Shown here piece after piece: positions 1-9,889 of a stretch of 64,000 nucleotides of DNA. Numbering within the stretch: the first letter of the stretch is position 1; each line of letters opens with the position of its first letter. Source of the DNA: a virus; the IMG/VR virus record IMGVR_UViG_3300028198_000256, positions 51,004-115,003 of that record; one strand, written 5' to 3'. A model generated the notes under the pieces. The model was not told where the DNA came from and searched no databases. It saw only the letters and a program-made list of their open reading frames with translations. The translations under genes and the position numbers were made by a program.

Positions 1-46
1 AGGTTTCTTCATATCACACCTCTTACATACCATTTTTCTAATGCCA

Positions 47-946
47 TTATGTTAAGAAAAAATCATCCAATACAGTTGACGTTGAAGACGTTATATTATT
101 ATGTTTAATATTATCAACTCCCATTTCAAAATCAGGTCTATTTTTATCCGATTCATTAATAATAATAACATCTTTAAGATCTGTTACATCTTTCCATTGT
201 AGTTTATCTTTTTTTGGATAATTCTTAGTCCAATTCATAGACGATAATTTAAGTAATATTTTAGCAGAACGTTTATCTAATGGATATATGTATCTAAACA
301 TATAACCCTTATATCTACGTATACCACGTTCTTTCATAAATCCTGTGGTCAACCAACTCAACTTATCTTTTTTAAACATATCATCATTACGTCTTTCCCA
401 CTCTACATTTTCTTTACATAAATCTTTACTACTTCTTGGATGTAATTTCTCACCATTTTCCATCATATAAACATCTGTCCAATACCGTTCACCAAAATAA
501 AAATTAGATGCTTGATAAACATATCCACATTTACCCATAATTCCATCTGCCATAGTATACAAATATTTACAATTAGTATTCCGTTTAATCCACCTAATAC
601 TTGATGATATCATGCAAGACCCATATGACTTAGTTCCATTTAATTTAGGTAACAAACACATTTTACCAATTTCAAAATAATAATTAGTCAAAGAATGTTT
701 ATATCCAGAACTCCGAACATTTGGAACATTCAATTCAAACAATTCATCCTTCAACGTTGGTAATATTTTAGCAATAGTATGTCTTGGTCGTGTACCCCAC
801 CCCAATGTCATAACTCCTGATAATTCATCCTTTAAAAAAAACCCAAGATAATGTGTAGTTAGTGCCGGCATAACTGGTGAATAATGATACTTTTCTATAA
901 ACATAACAGCTGTTATTTTATCAATTTTTTTTACTTCAAACTTCAT
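47..946 (-). CDS. mom: Mom-family (GNAT-fold) DNA adenine hypermodification enzyme
   Basis: Motifs colinear with phage Mu Mom: HYS, LGFF..DELSGVMTLG, YFEIGKMCL, ADGIMGKCGYVYQASNF, FRYIYPL, YPK; C-terminal VLDDFF. Confidence 0.8.
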   Translation of the reverse strand: MKFEVKKIDKITAVMFIEKYHYSPVMPALTTHYLGFFLKDELSGVMTLGWGTRPRHTIAKILPTLKDELFELNVPNVRSSGYKHSLTNYYFEIGKMCLLPKLNGTKSYGSCMISSSIRWIKRNTNCKYLYTMADGIMGKCGYVYQASNFYFGERYWTDVYMMENGEKLHPRSSKDLCKENVEWERRNDDMFKKDKLSWLTTGFMKERGIRRYKGYMFRYIYPLDKRSAKILLKLSSMNWTKNYPKKDKLQWKDVTDLKDVIIINESDKNRPDFEMGVDNIKHNNITSSTSTVLDDFFLT

Positions 947-2045
947 AATACTCCATAAGTTCTAATGATTCAGCAACCATTAAATTAGTGATTCTACCAT
1001 TATGTGTATATATACCATTTGTGAAATTAGGATCCACGTTATCAAGACCCATATCAGCCAAAACAGTTATATATGGTAATGTCGCCTTAGTAAGTATGTT
1101 AGTAGCACTTTTAGGATATGCACCGGGCATATTAGACACACAATAATGAATAACCCCATGGTGCATAAATACAGGGTTCTGATGACTCCTAATATGTGAC
1201 GTTTCAATGCAACCACCTTGGTCAATAGACACATCAACCACCACCGAACCGTTCCTCATACTTTTTACCATATCTTCAGTAACAACAATAGGAGATTTCT
1301 TTCCTGGTATTGAAACTGCACCAATAACTAAATCAGCATCTTTAACAGCAGGCTCCAAATTCCATGAAGTGGAACACTTATATTCAATAGAAGTATCCAT
1401 ATGACCTCTACTCAAATACTCCCAACGATAATCGGTTTCCAACCCTAAAATAATAACATTAGCACCCATCCCATTTGCCATCTCAGCCGCATGTCTACCA
1501 ACAACACCATCACCAACAACTACCACATTACCAGAATTAACACCATTAATTTTTCCTAGTTGTACACCAGACCCATCAAAAAACATTGACTTATCTGTAT
1601 ACTGAAGATAATAACTACCAATAGTAACCGCCATATTACCAGCAATAGCAGACATAGGTGACAACAACGGTAAATTACCAAAATTATCTGTTATTGATTC
1701 ATATGCTATGGCAGTAGTATTGGTGGATAATAATTTAAGTGTCAGTTCTTTATCTACACCCGCAAGATGAAGATAAGTAAATAATATTTGCCCATTAAAA
1801 TATTTGTATTCTTCCACTTGAGGTTCTTTAACTTTAACCACAAGATCCGAATCCCATGCATAAAAGTCGTGGCATATTGTCGCACCGGATGATATGTAAT
1901 CATCATCCGAATAACCAGAACCAACCCCAGCTTCAAATGTTACACATACAGAGTGACCTCTATCAACCAATTCACGCACACCATTTGGGGTAATTGCTAC
2001 CCTATGTTCGTTTTCCTTTATTTCTTTGATTAATCCAATTTTCAT
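936..2045 (-). CDS. ald: Alanine dehydrogenase
   Basis: MKIGLIKEIKENEHRVAITP, VKVKEP, FTYLHLA, VVVVGDGVVG, DVSIDQGGC, HYCVSNMPGA. Confidence 0.95.
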   Translation of the reverse strand: MKIGLIKEIKENEHRVAITPNGVRELVDRGHSVCVTFEAGVGSGYSDDDYISSGATICHDFYAWDSDLVVKVKEPQVEEYKYFNGQILFTYLHLAGVDKELTLKLLSTNTTAIAYESITDNFGNLPLLSPMSAIAGNMAVTIGSYYLQYTDKSMFFDGSGVQLGKINGVNSGNVVVVGDGVVGRHAAEMANGMGANVIILGLETDYRWEYLSRGHMDTSIEYKCSTSWNLEPAVKDADLVIGAVSIPGKKSPIVVTEDMVKSMRNGSVVVDVSIDQGGCIETSHIRSHQNPVFMHHGVIHYCVSNMPGAYPKSATNILTKATLPYITVLADMGLDNVDPNFTNGIYTHNGRITNLMVAESLELMEYYEV

Positions 2046-2649
2046 ATTTAGTCCTCACTGATTCAACTTCCATCAATCTAGGAAGAATTTCATTAATAAC
2101 CCCTATATACAATTCAGATTCAGTAGCACGACAAGCATCACCTAACGATTGCACATCATCATTATCTCTAACTAAAACTAAATTCTGTTTCAATATCGGT
2201 CCAGAATCATATTCATCAGTAACAATATGTACAGTAACTCCTGTAACCTTATCATTAGACTCTAAGACTGATTTATATATATCATCACCAAACATATTAC
2301 CATGTTTAGGCAATAATGATGGATGGATGTTTAATATTCTATTTTCATACCCATTCAATACTATATTATTAACATGTTTCCTGTATCCAGACAACACTAC
2401 CAGATCAGTTGCAACTGATTTTAATTTATTAAAAATAGCATTATCTTCGTCATGTAGATTAGTTTTACCAGATATTATAGAAACATTAATACCATTATCA
2501 TGACACCATTGAACTATAGGAGCATCTTTATTATTACATATAACAACACCAACTTCAGCTACAATTCTCCATGAATTAATTGCTCCTATAACATCCCTAG
2601 CAGCAGTACCACCATCTGACGCCAAAAAACTAATAATTGGTGTCTTCAT
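2002..2649 (-). CDS. purN: Phosphoribosylglycinamide formyltransferase
   Basis: ILNIHPSLLP, TGVTVH, EYDSGPI formyltransferase motifs. Confidence 0.88.
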   Translation of the reverse strand: MKTPIISFLASDGGTAARDVIGAINSWRIVAEVGVVICNNKDAPIVQWCHDNGINVSIISGKTNLHDEDNAIFNKLKSVATDLVVLSGYRKHVNNIVLNGYENRILNIHPSLLPKHGNMFGDDIYKSVLESNDKVTGVTVHIVTDEYDSGPILKQNLVLVRDNDDVQSLGDACRATESELYIGVINEILPRLMEVESVRTKYENWINQRNKGKRT

Positions 2650-2653
2650 AATA

Positions 2654-4777
2654 TCACCTCAAATCTTTATCAAAATCATCTACCATAATTGATTCATGTT
2701 CTAAAATTCCATCTAATTCGCCTTTCAGATTAGACTCATATGCCCTTTCTAAAATATTTAATGCATCCTTTGTATTAGATGATGTAAAAGTTTTATCTGT
2801 CAACCTAGACCTTGCATCAAATCCTAATGCAGATTTAATTGAATTAGGAACATTGACCACCGACTTCACCATTCTACTATTCAACTTATCTGATGGACCC
2901 TTATATCTTCTACCAAATGGAAATATCAAACGTCTTAATATAAACCCAATGAACTTTGAAGGATAATTGTCTAAAATGTCCTCAAACGATTTCTGTATAT
3001 TATATAATCCAGACTCAGCACCCCATGTAACATATAATATATCATTCTTCTTATCCATATCATCAGTATCTTCGTAACGTTTTAATACCGCAGATGTCAT
3101 ATACAACTCTGAAAATGCATCTGCAAATCTACCAGTTATTCTTTGTCGTTTCTTAAGATCAGCACCCAACACCGATATACTTATATCAGATAACAATGCA
3201 AAGTTCTTTGATTCCAATTCAATACGTTTATAATACTTACCAATTTCACATGATGCGTCTTTTGGTTTAGATATAAACATACCACCAGTAATATTATGAT
3301 ATAATGACCCAAATATATTACCAATAGTATATTTAAGATGACCCATTAACGCCTTATTAAATGCAATCGCATCACCACATTCAGCAGAAGTTACTTCATC
3401 TTTTATAAATGGATGACACCGTAAAGATCCTTGAGAAAATACAATTAGAGATCTCGTTAATATATTCGCACCCTCAACAGTATTAGCAATAGGTTGTGTT
3501 ATATAATAATTCAATAATAAATTATTAGGACCATCAGATATACCCTTTCCAGCCAAAATGTCCATACCATCAATAATACATTGTCGCATCCTTTCAGTAC
3601 ATTGATATTTCAACATGGCAGAAATAACAGATGGTTTTTCACCATTTACTATTGCAGTAGTAGTGAGATTACACGCAGCCTCTACAACATAACATTGTCC
3701 AATTATCCTAGACAATGGCTCTTCAATACCTTCCATCTTGGAAATTGGAATTTTAAATTGTTTTCTTATCCTAGAATATGCAGTAGTAACTTTTAATGTA
3801 TGTTTAATACCAGCCATAGATAATGATGGTAATGATATTGCCCTACCAGCCGCAAGACACGCCATTAACATTCGCCAACCCTTTCCTACCCCATCAATTC
3901 CACCTATAACATGATTCAATGGTAAAAATACATCTTTACCATAATTTGGTCCATTCATAAATGCTTGTCTAGCAGGATAATGTCTGCGTCCTATACGAAC
4001 ACCCTTAGTATCAGTTGGAACTAATACTAAACTTATACCCTCAACAGGAGGCGAATGCTCAGATTCTTTCAATAACTCATCAGGATCCACAATATGACAC
4101 GCAACACCAAGTAATGTAGATACTGGTCCTAGTGTGATATATCGTTTTTCCCAATTTAATCTAATACCTAATACCTTTTCACCGTCATATTCCCCATATT
4201 CAACAACACCATAATCTTCCATCGCCGCAGCATCTGAACCAGAATATGGTCCTGTTAATGCAAATGCCGGTATATCTTTACCTGATGATAATGTAGGTAA
4301 CCATTTATCTTTTTGTTCTTGTGTGCCAAACTCATAAAGCAATTCACCAGGACCCAAAGAATTTGGAACCATAGTAGTAATTGCTAATGATATACTTCTT
4401 GATGCTAAAATTGATATGATACACGATTGTGCATATGCTGAAAATTCCAAACCACCATATTCTTTCTTGATATTAAGTGCAAAAAAACCATTATCTTTTA
4501 AATAATCCCACACCTCAACTGGTAAATCTTTATGTATAACATTAACTTCCCAATCAGACACCATTTCACAAACAGTATCAACTTCAGAGTTAATGAAATC
4601 ATGTTCTTCTTGTGTTAATTTAGTTTGTTCTGTATTTAATAATATATCCCAGTTTGGTCTACCACCAAATAACTCAGATTCCCACCATACTGTACCGGCA
4701 TCTAAAGCCTCTCTTTCAGTATTTGATATCTTTGGTAATATCTTTTGGAATAATTTCATACCATATTCATTCATCAT
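2654..4777 (-). CDS. fadE: Acyl-CoA dehydrogenase, FadE type, lacking the N-terminal membrane segment
   Basis: ISNTEREALDAGTVWWE, MVPNSLGPGELL, FALTGPYSGSDA, WEKRYITLGP, TVEGANILTRSL. Confidence 0.93.
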   Translation of the reverse strand: MMNEYGMKLFQKILPKISNTEREALDAGTVWWESELFGGRPNWDILLNTEQTKLTQEEHDFINSEVDTVCEMVSDWEVNVIHKDLPVEVWDYLKDNGFFALNIKKEYGGLEFSAYAQSCIISILASRSISLAITTMVPNSLGPGELLYEFGTQEQKDKWLPTLSSGKDIPAFALTGPYSGSDAAAMEDYGVVEYGEYDGEKVLGIRLNWEKRYITLGPVSTLLGVACHIVDPDELLKESEHSPPVEGISLVLVPTDTKGVRIGRRHYPARQAFMNGPNYGKDVFLPLNHVIGGIDGVGKGWRMLMACLAAGRAISLPSLSMAGIKHTLKVTTAYSRIRKQFKIPISKMEGIEEPLSRIIGQCYVVEAACNLTTTAIVNGEKPSVISAMLKYQCTERMRQCIIDGMDILAGKGISDGPNNLLLNYYITQPIANTVEGANILTRSLIVFSQGSLRCHPFIKDEVTSAECGDAIAFNKALMGHLKYTIGNIFGSLYHNITGGMFISKPKDASCEIGKYYKRIELESKNFALLSDISISVLGADLKKRQRITGRFADAFSELYMTSAVLKRYEDTDDMDKKNDILYVTWGAESGLYNIQKSFEDILDNYPSKFIGFILRRLIFPFGRRYKGPSDKLNSRMVKSVVNVPNSIKSALGFDARSRLTDKTFTSSNTKDALNILERAYESNLKGELDGILEHESIMVDDFDKDLR

Positions 4778-5066
4778 ATATCATACCTCTAAAATAAAAT
4801 AAAATCCACCACCCATACTATTATATATAACATTAATGGTATACCAAATGTCAATACAGACATCCAAACCGACTTAGTAACAGATTTACACAACCCATTA
4901 CATTGATAATTAATCTTTTCCCTTATTCTCTCCATCCTTGACTGTACTAATTCTTCCACTTTCTTTATTCTCCGTTTTTTGTTTATTATTAAATATCATA
5001 TCCCAATTATCTCTATATTGTTTATTACTTACTTTAGATTTTATAGAATCTCCTGTTATATCATTC

Positions 5067-5402
5067 TTAGCTACCATTTTCTATTTTTCTGTTTAATTTT
5101 TCTATTTTTCTGTTTAATTTGTCGCGATTCCGTTTAAGAGATTTAATCTCACGTTTTAAGTTTCTCACATCATCCAAATACCGGTTTGCATCATTTATAT
5201 CACCACATTTAGCCTCCATACGATTACCAATGCTCTGTAATTCCTCCAGTAATCCCATAACAATTGAAAAGTTTCGTGTTTTATAACAAGAACGCATTTC
5301 ATCTATCACAGTACAAAAATATCTATTTGCCATAAATTCCTCCTCATCTATCCAAATTTCTTTTTTCATATTAAGCAACCATTCTTGCAAATTCTTGTGC
5401 AA
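5067..5402 (-). CDS. Hypothetical coiled-coil protein
   Basis: ORF co-oriented with neighbours; heptad-like C-terminus. Confidence 0.6.
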   Translation of the reverse strand: MHKNLQEWLLNMKKEIWIDEEEFMANRYFCTVIDEMRSCYKTRNFSIVMGLLEELQSIGNRMEAKCGDINDANRYLDDVRNLKREIKSLKRNRDKLNRKIEKLNRKIENGS

Positions 5403-7551
5403 TCAACTTGTTAGATTTCTTGTTCTTTTGGAACTTTTTAAAATCACGTTTGATTGTATTCATTCTCTTACGGTCTGTTGTAAACAAAGGGTCATCATCA
5501 GCAACTGTTACAAATTCATCATCTTCTGCCTGTAACCGTTTATCATGAACCACAATGTAACGGTCATAAAACTCATTATCCGAATCAATTTTATCATGAA
5601 CAATATATCCCACTTTTGGATTAACCAATTTACGATATGATGTTAAGAAAAAACCAATTACATTATATCGTTTTCGTAATGCATCAAACATCGCCTTTTG
5701 ATATAATTTAGTTCTTGAATAATATGAATAAATACCACCCACGTTCGCCTCAAGTCTACCATAACCTTCAACATCAAAAACTACAACCTTTTGATCACCA
5801 TAACCCAAACTTTTAGTTCTGATATCTTGTGCCTGACCATCAGTCAGGAAAACCACATTCATCTTTTCAGTATTATGTTTCTTAACAAAATCATCCGCAA
5901 GAATTAATGAGTAAGCAGCAGTTTCAATTAATGGTGTTCCACCCATTGAAAACAGTTTCTCTTTCATCCAAGCATTACCACCTGTCAATGTTTCAGAAGA
6001 AAACATAACTCGTTGAGTCATTTTGTTCTGTTTACTCGTTGTCCAACTAGAATCGGCAATTTTAATCATTCCTAATGCATAATTGGCAAGGTCATATTTA
6101 CCATAATCTTCACCTTTACCAAACATGTTTCTTTTGCCATTATCTTTCCATTTTTTACCATTAGTAGTAAATGTATATAATTCATATGGAATACCAACAC
6201 GTTTCGCAAACATAATCAAAATAACAGACTGTTTTACGGTTTCATATAAACGACCCCACATAGAACTAGAGAAATCAACATACATCAATAATCCATGATT
6301 CTTAGCATCAGGAAATGACATGATTGACTTGAAAATATGATCGTCTAACTTATATTGCCACAATTTATCCACATCAATTGAACCACTTGTAGACTGTCTT
6401 GCCTTTCTTGATTCCATTGCAGATTTACGAAGTTCAAATTGTTGAACCATAGCATTTACTGCGGGTTTAACATCACGAATAAACTCTTTATATCTTACAT
6501 TAATGAACTCATCATGATAAATTTGCATAGCGGGTTGATTATTCTTCATTTCTAAGAATTCAGTATAACTTCTCTCCACCTCTTCATCAGTATATAAAAA
6601 CTCATTAACCAATTGTTCCTTTGTGAATTTAAGATATGAAGTACCACTACCCTCATTAATCATCTTATTTTCATTCTTTCTAAATGCATCATCAGTAACA
6701 GAATGATATGGATCTTCACCAGTAGTATCACCAGTATCAGAAAGTCCACCACCAGAAGAAGAAGAAACATTATCTTCTTCAACACTATTATCATCAGTAA
6801 CATTAGCATCAGCATCAGTATCAGAAGAACCAGATTCTAATGAGTCATCACCATCTTCTGAAGATTCAGTATCACCAACATCAGAATTTAAACTTTCAGA
6901 CAATCCAGAAGAATCTTCAGATTCTTCAGATTCTTCTGAATCACCAGAACCATCACTTGATTGTTGCTGCTGTTGCTGTTGTGGTTGCTGCTGTTCATCA
7001 AGAAACTCCATCAACTCACGTGAAACTCTAACTGTATCATCCCAAGTATCAATTTGAAATACTTTAGACATCATAACAGATTCTTTAAATGAAAACTTAA
7101 TATCAATAGTTTTTGATAACTTAGCCTTCAAATTCAATCTATCAAGAAATCCCAAAGTATCAACATCAACATCTTTAATACCAAAGAAATTATCTGCAAC
7201 TAAATGACGATATCCTTTTAGGAAATCATTAATTAATCCAGGATAAAATTCACGAACAAGACGTTCAATACGAACATCTTCAACAATATTTAAAATAGAA
7301 TGTGGTATATCTTCAATATCAGGTAATAACTTATTTATACTTTCATCATGACTGAAAATACTAGGTGTATATAATGCATGACCAACCTCATGTCCAATGA
7401 ACAGAGTGGCAGCATCTTTATATTCTTCTTTCAATAATGGCAATCTAAGAATACGATTAGTAGGGTCAAATGAAGCAGTTCTAAAATTACCCTCAATAAC
7501 TTCTAAATCTTCTCTTGCCATTAATTTGGAAAGTAGTGAAGTGTTTAACAT
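5371..7551 (-). CDS. Metallopeptidase-like (HExxH) plus VWA domain protein, CobT-like family of T4-like phages
   Basis: GHEVGH and NIVEDVRIE; acidic/polyQ linker; MIDAS elements DFSSSM, GGTPL, FLTDG. Confidence 0.8.
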   Translation of the reverse strand: MLNTSLLSKLMAREDLEVIEGNFRTASFDPTNRILRLPLLKEEYKDAATLFIGHEVGHALYTPSIFSHDESINKLLPDIEDIPHSILNIVEDVRIERLVREFYPGLINDFLKGYRHLVADNFFGIKDVDVDTLGFLDRLNLKAKLSKTIDIKFSFKESVMMSKVFQIDTWDDTVRVSRELMEFLDEQQQPQQQQQQQSSDGSGDSEESEESEDSSGLSESLNSDVGDTESSEDGDDSLESGSSDTDADANVTDDNSVEEDNVSSSSGGGLSDTGDTTGEDPYHSVTDDAFRKNENKMINEGSGTSYLKFTKEQLVNEFLYTDEEVERSYTEFLEMKNNQPAMQIYHDEFINVRYKEFIRDVKPAVNAMVQQFELRKSAMESRKARQSTSGSIDVDKLWQYKLDDHIFKSIMSFPDAKNHGLLMYVDFSSSMWGRLYETVKQSVILIMFAKRVGIPYELYTFTTNGKKWKDNGKRNMFGKGEDYGKYDLANYALGMIKIADSSWTTSKQNKMTQRVMFSSETLTGGNAWMKEKLFSMGGTPLIETAAYSLILADDFVKKHNTEKMNVVFLTDGQAQDIRTKSLGYGDQKVVVFDVEGYGRLEANVGGIYSYYSRTKLYQKAMFDALRKRYNVIGFFLTSYRKLVNPKVGYIVHDKIDSDNEFYDRYIVVHDKRLQAEDDEFVTVADDDPLFTTDRKRMNTIKRDFKKFQKNKKSNKLIAQEFARMVA

Positions 7552-7582
7552 TTAATTTACCTCTTTATTAACTTATATAGAG

Positions 7583-7611
7583 AGTATATCATACTTTAAC
7601 CGATATGTCAA
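7583..7611 (-). promoter_or_regulatory. Sigma70-type early promoter
   Basis: TTGACA-17 nt-TATACT with extended -10 TG. Confidence 0.8.
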
Positions 7612-7619
7612 GAACTATT

Positions 7620-8495
7620 TTATAAAAATTCATCCAATGTTGATACGTTACTCTTATAATTCATCAATAACAATTCCTTTCTTTTCTTTTGATTCTCCAC
7701 ATATGACGTTAACTGATTATTCATGGTGTATGTGAGATCCCATTCCTCTTGAGTCCATTCACTATACCATTCACGCAGAGTTGGATTGGAATTATATGTA
7801 ATCATACACGTATTACCAGACTTTGATACCTTTTCATAGAATTCTCTATGATTAAATCCTTTATGCATCGAACCATCCTTTCCATATAAAGAATCCTTGA
7901 TATCATATGGCGGATCCAGAAACAAAAATACATTCGGGTCATCATCAATTAATTCAGAATAATCTAGGTTCGTGATTTTCCAATTCTTGATAATCTTTCC
8001 GAATATTGTTAACGATTCTATTACCCTAAAGTTGAAACAATCTCTCATTGCCCATGTTGACATAGTACCAGATTCAGTTAAACCAGAGAAAGACATTCTA
8101 TTCATAGCATACCATCTCCATCCAACCTCAAATGGGTCTGTCTGATCTCCTATCTCCGATTTCATTTCATTGAACAATTCACGACTCTTGTCCACATCAT
8201 CTCCTACTGATTCCTTCTTTTTCTTTAAAATATTGACTAATTGTTCGGTATCACTCTGCAAAGTAATCCAGAAATAATATAGATTCTGATACTTATCATT
8301 TATATGAATGGGAATATTTGGGAATAAACGTGCAAATGCCAAGGAAGGAGACCCCCCACCACCGAAAGCATCTCGGTACTGGGTAATCTCCTTTATATTG
8401 GCTGGAAGTTTGGTATCATGAAACAAATACTTCATTGCCTTTGATTTACCACCTGGATACCTTAGTGGTGTTTTATAGTTGTTTAACGACCTCAC
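7620..8495 (-). CDS. dam: DNA adenine methyltransferase (Dam/D12 class)
   Basis: PLRYPGGKS, DAFGGGGS, FLDPPY; ends STLDEFL. Confidence 0.9.
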   Translation of the reverse strand: MRSLNNYKTPLRYPGGKSKAMKYLFHDTKLPANIKEITQYRDAFGGGGSPSLAFARLFPNIPIHINDKYQNLYYFWITLQSDTEQLVNILKKKKESVGDDVDKSRELFNEMKSEIGDQTDPFEVGWRWYAMNRMSFSGLTESGTMSTWAMRDCFNFRVIESLTIFGKIIKNWKITNLDYSELIDDDPNVFLFLDPPYDIKDSLYGKDGSMHKGFNHREFYEKVSKSGNTCMITYNSNPTLREWYSEWTQEEWDLTYTMNNQLTSYVENQKKRKELLLMNYKSNVSTLDEFL

Positions 8496-9592
8496 TATTT
8501 GCTATTTACCTCTTCCAACATCCAATCTTCTAAAATAACAGACTGTTCCTTTGGTAATCCATCCTTCGTTTCAATTGGTGAAATATCTTGATGAAGAAAC
8601 CCCTTAAACACTATAGGTAAATCAAAAACATACTCTTGACCCGTAGTTTTCTCATAAAACTCTTTAGCAAACAACAAAACATGTTTTTTAAAACTTTTTA
8701 ACCACGCCATCCTTTGTCTTTTAAGAACGTCAGATGCCGGCGATGGGTCTTCTATAAACCCTCGGATTTCTATTGGAATATACACACCATCAACTTTAGA
8801 TACCTTCTCATTAACAATTAATGCCATACAATCATGCAATAATGGTTTAAATGTGCCTTGGGGTTTAACATAACCACATTTTCCAGATTCCTGTTCATTA
8901 ACAGATCCCTTATATGGCAACGTCTTTTCCTTACAGAAAGCGTTGGCTGAATCACTATCCCATGTTTTAAGTGTAACATGTCCGCTATCACATGCTCTAT
9001 ACTTTTTAAGTATCAAATTACGATGTTTTGTATCCTTACCAGGAGTCAATTTGATAATAAGATCTTTAATTGCGATTTGTTCTGGGTCTACCAACTTATC
9101 AGCAGTAATAGTGTTTTGCTCAACACACCTCTTAACAGAATTAACTGTATCTTTAATCCTGTTAATTTTCTTTGGATTGCCATTATTTGAATTGTGTTTT
9201 GCAATTTCTCTAAATAATGGAGTTCTATAAACTACCTTATCAAAAGGTAAACAATCCCACTGCGGAATCTTTGCCGCCTCGTAACGGTGAAACCCAGTAG
9301 TACCCTTATTACCATCACGTGAGTCTTCATATTGCAACGGTGGTTCACCATGATCCCAATTTTTAGCTAAAAAAGATTCCCCAATTTCTGATATATTTTC
9401 CTTAATATTTTCTTCAACCTTGTTTTGGTCATTGACATCAAACCTAACTTTGTTTAAGTTCATAACATGTCTTTTCAAAAATTGCACTCCCGGCTCTCCA
9501 TACCATTTTTCCCCATTGGGACCTATGCCATAAATATATTCAGGTGGACACCTTTTTAATGAGTCTTTTAAATCAAAATTTAATTCTAACAT
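8495..9592 (-). CDS. Hypothetical protein with possible ParB/Srx-like domain
   Basis: EPP...GFHRYEAA resembles the ParB GxHR motif; stop overlaps the dam start. Confidence 0.45.
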   Translation of the reverse strand: MLELNFDLKDSLKRCPPEYIYGIGPNGEKWYGEPGVQFLKRHVMNLNKVRFDVNDQNKVEENIKENISEIGESFLAKNWDHGEPPLQYEDSRDGNKGTTGFHRYEAAKIPQWDCLPFDKVVYRTPLFREIAKHNSNNGNPKKINRIKDTVNSVKRCVEQNTITADKLVDPEQIAIKDLIIKLTPGKDTKHRNLILKKYRACDSGHVTLKTWDSDSANAFCKEKTLPYKGSVNEQESGKCGYVKPQGTFKPLLHDCMALIVNEKVSKVDGVYIPIEIRGFIEDPSPASDVLKRQRMAWLKSFKKHVLLFAKEFYEKTTGQEYVFDLPIVFKGFLHQDISPIETKDGLPKEQSVILEDWMLEEVNSK

Positions 9593-9756
9593 TTTCTTTC
9601 CTTCTAATAAAGAGGTCTACTGACCAAATGATAAGGACATCACTGACATCCTTTTAATAAAAAGTATTATCTTTCACTGAAACTTTCACTGAAGATTAAT
9701 ACTAACTTTGTTCTTATTTTTTATAACTCATTGAGAAATAAGAAACTCAATTTAAA

Positions 9757-9831
9757 TGGAGCGGACGGGTCGGAATCAAACCGCCTCTTTCTGTATGGTA
9801 TACAGATATTCTATCATTAAATTACACCCGC
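9757..9831 (-). tRNA. Non-canonical tRNA-Gly-like gene (anticodon ACC, CCA encoded)
   Basis: GCGGGTG-TA-ATTT AATGATA GAAT-A-TCTGT ATACCAT ACAGA-AAGA-GGCGG TTTGATT CCG(A)CC-CGTCCGC-T-CCA; Gly identity elements G1C72, C2G71, G3C70, U73, C35C36. Confidence 0.8.
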
Positions 9832-9860
9832 AATATTATTTTAACTTAGTACTTATAATG

Positions 9861-9889
9861 ATCATAACACATAATGTCGGAATTGTCAA
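9861..9889 (-). promoter_or_regulatory. Sigma70-type early promoter driving the tRNA-Gly-like gene
   Basis: TTGACA-17 nt-TATGAT with extended -10 TG. Confidence 0.75.

Noticed and set aside
4820-4854. TTGACA upstream of fadE as another consensus promoter
   Set aside because: No -10 hexamer at 17-nt spacing; nearest candidates are 19 or more nt away.
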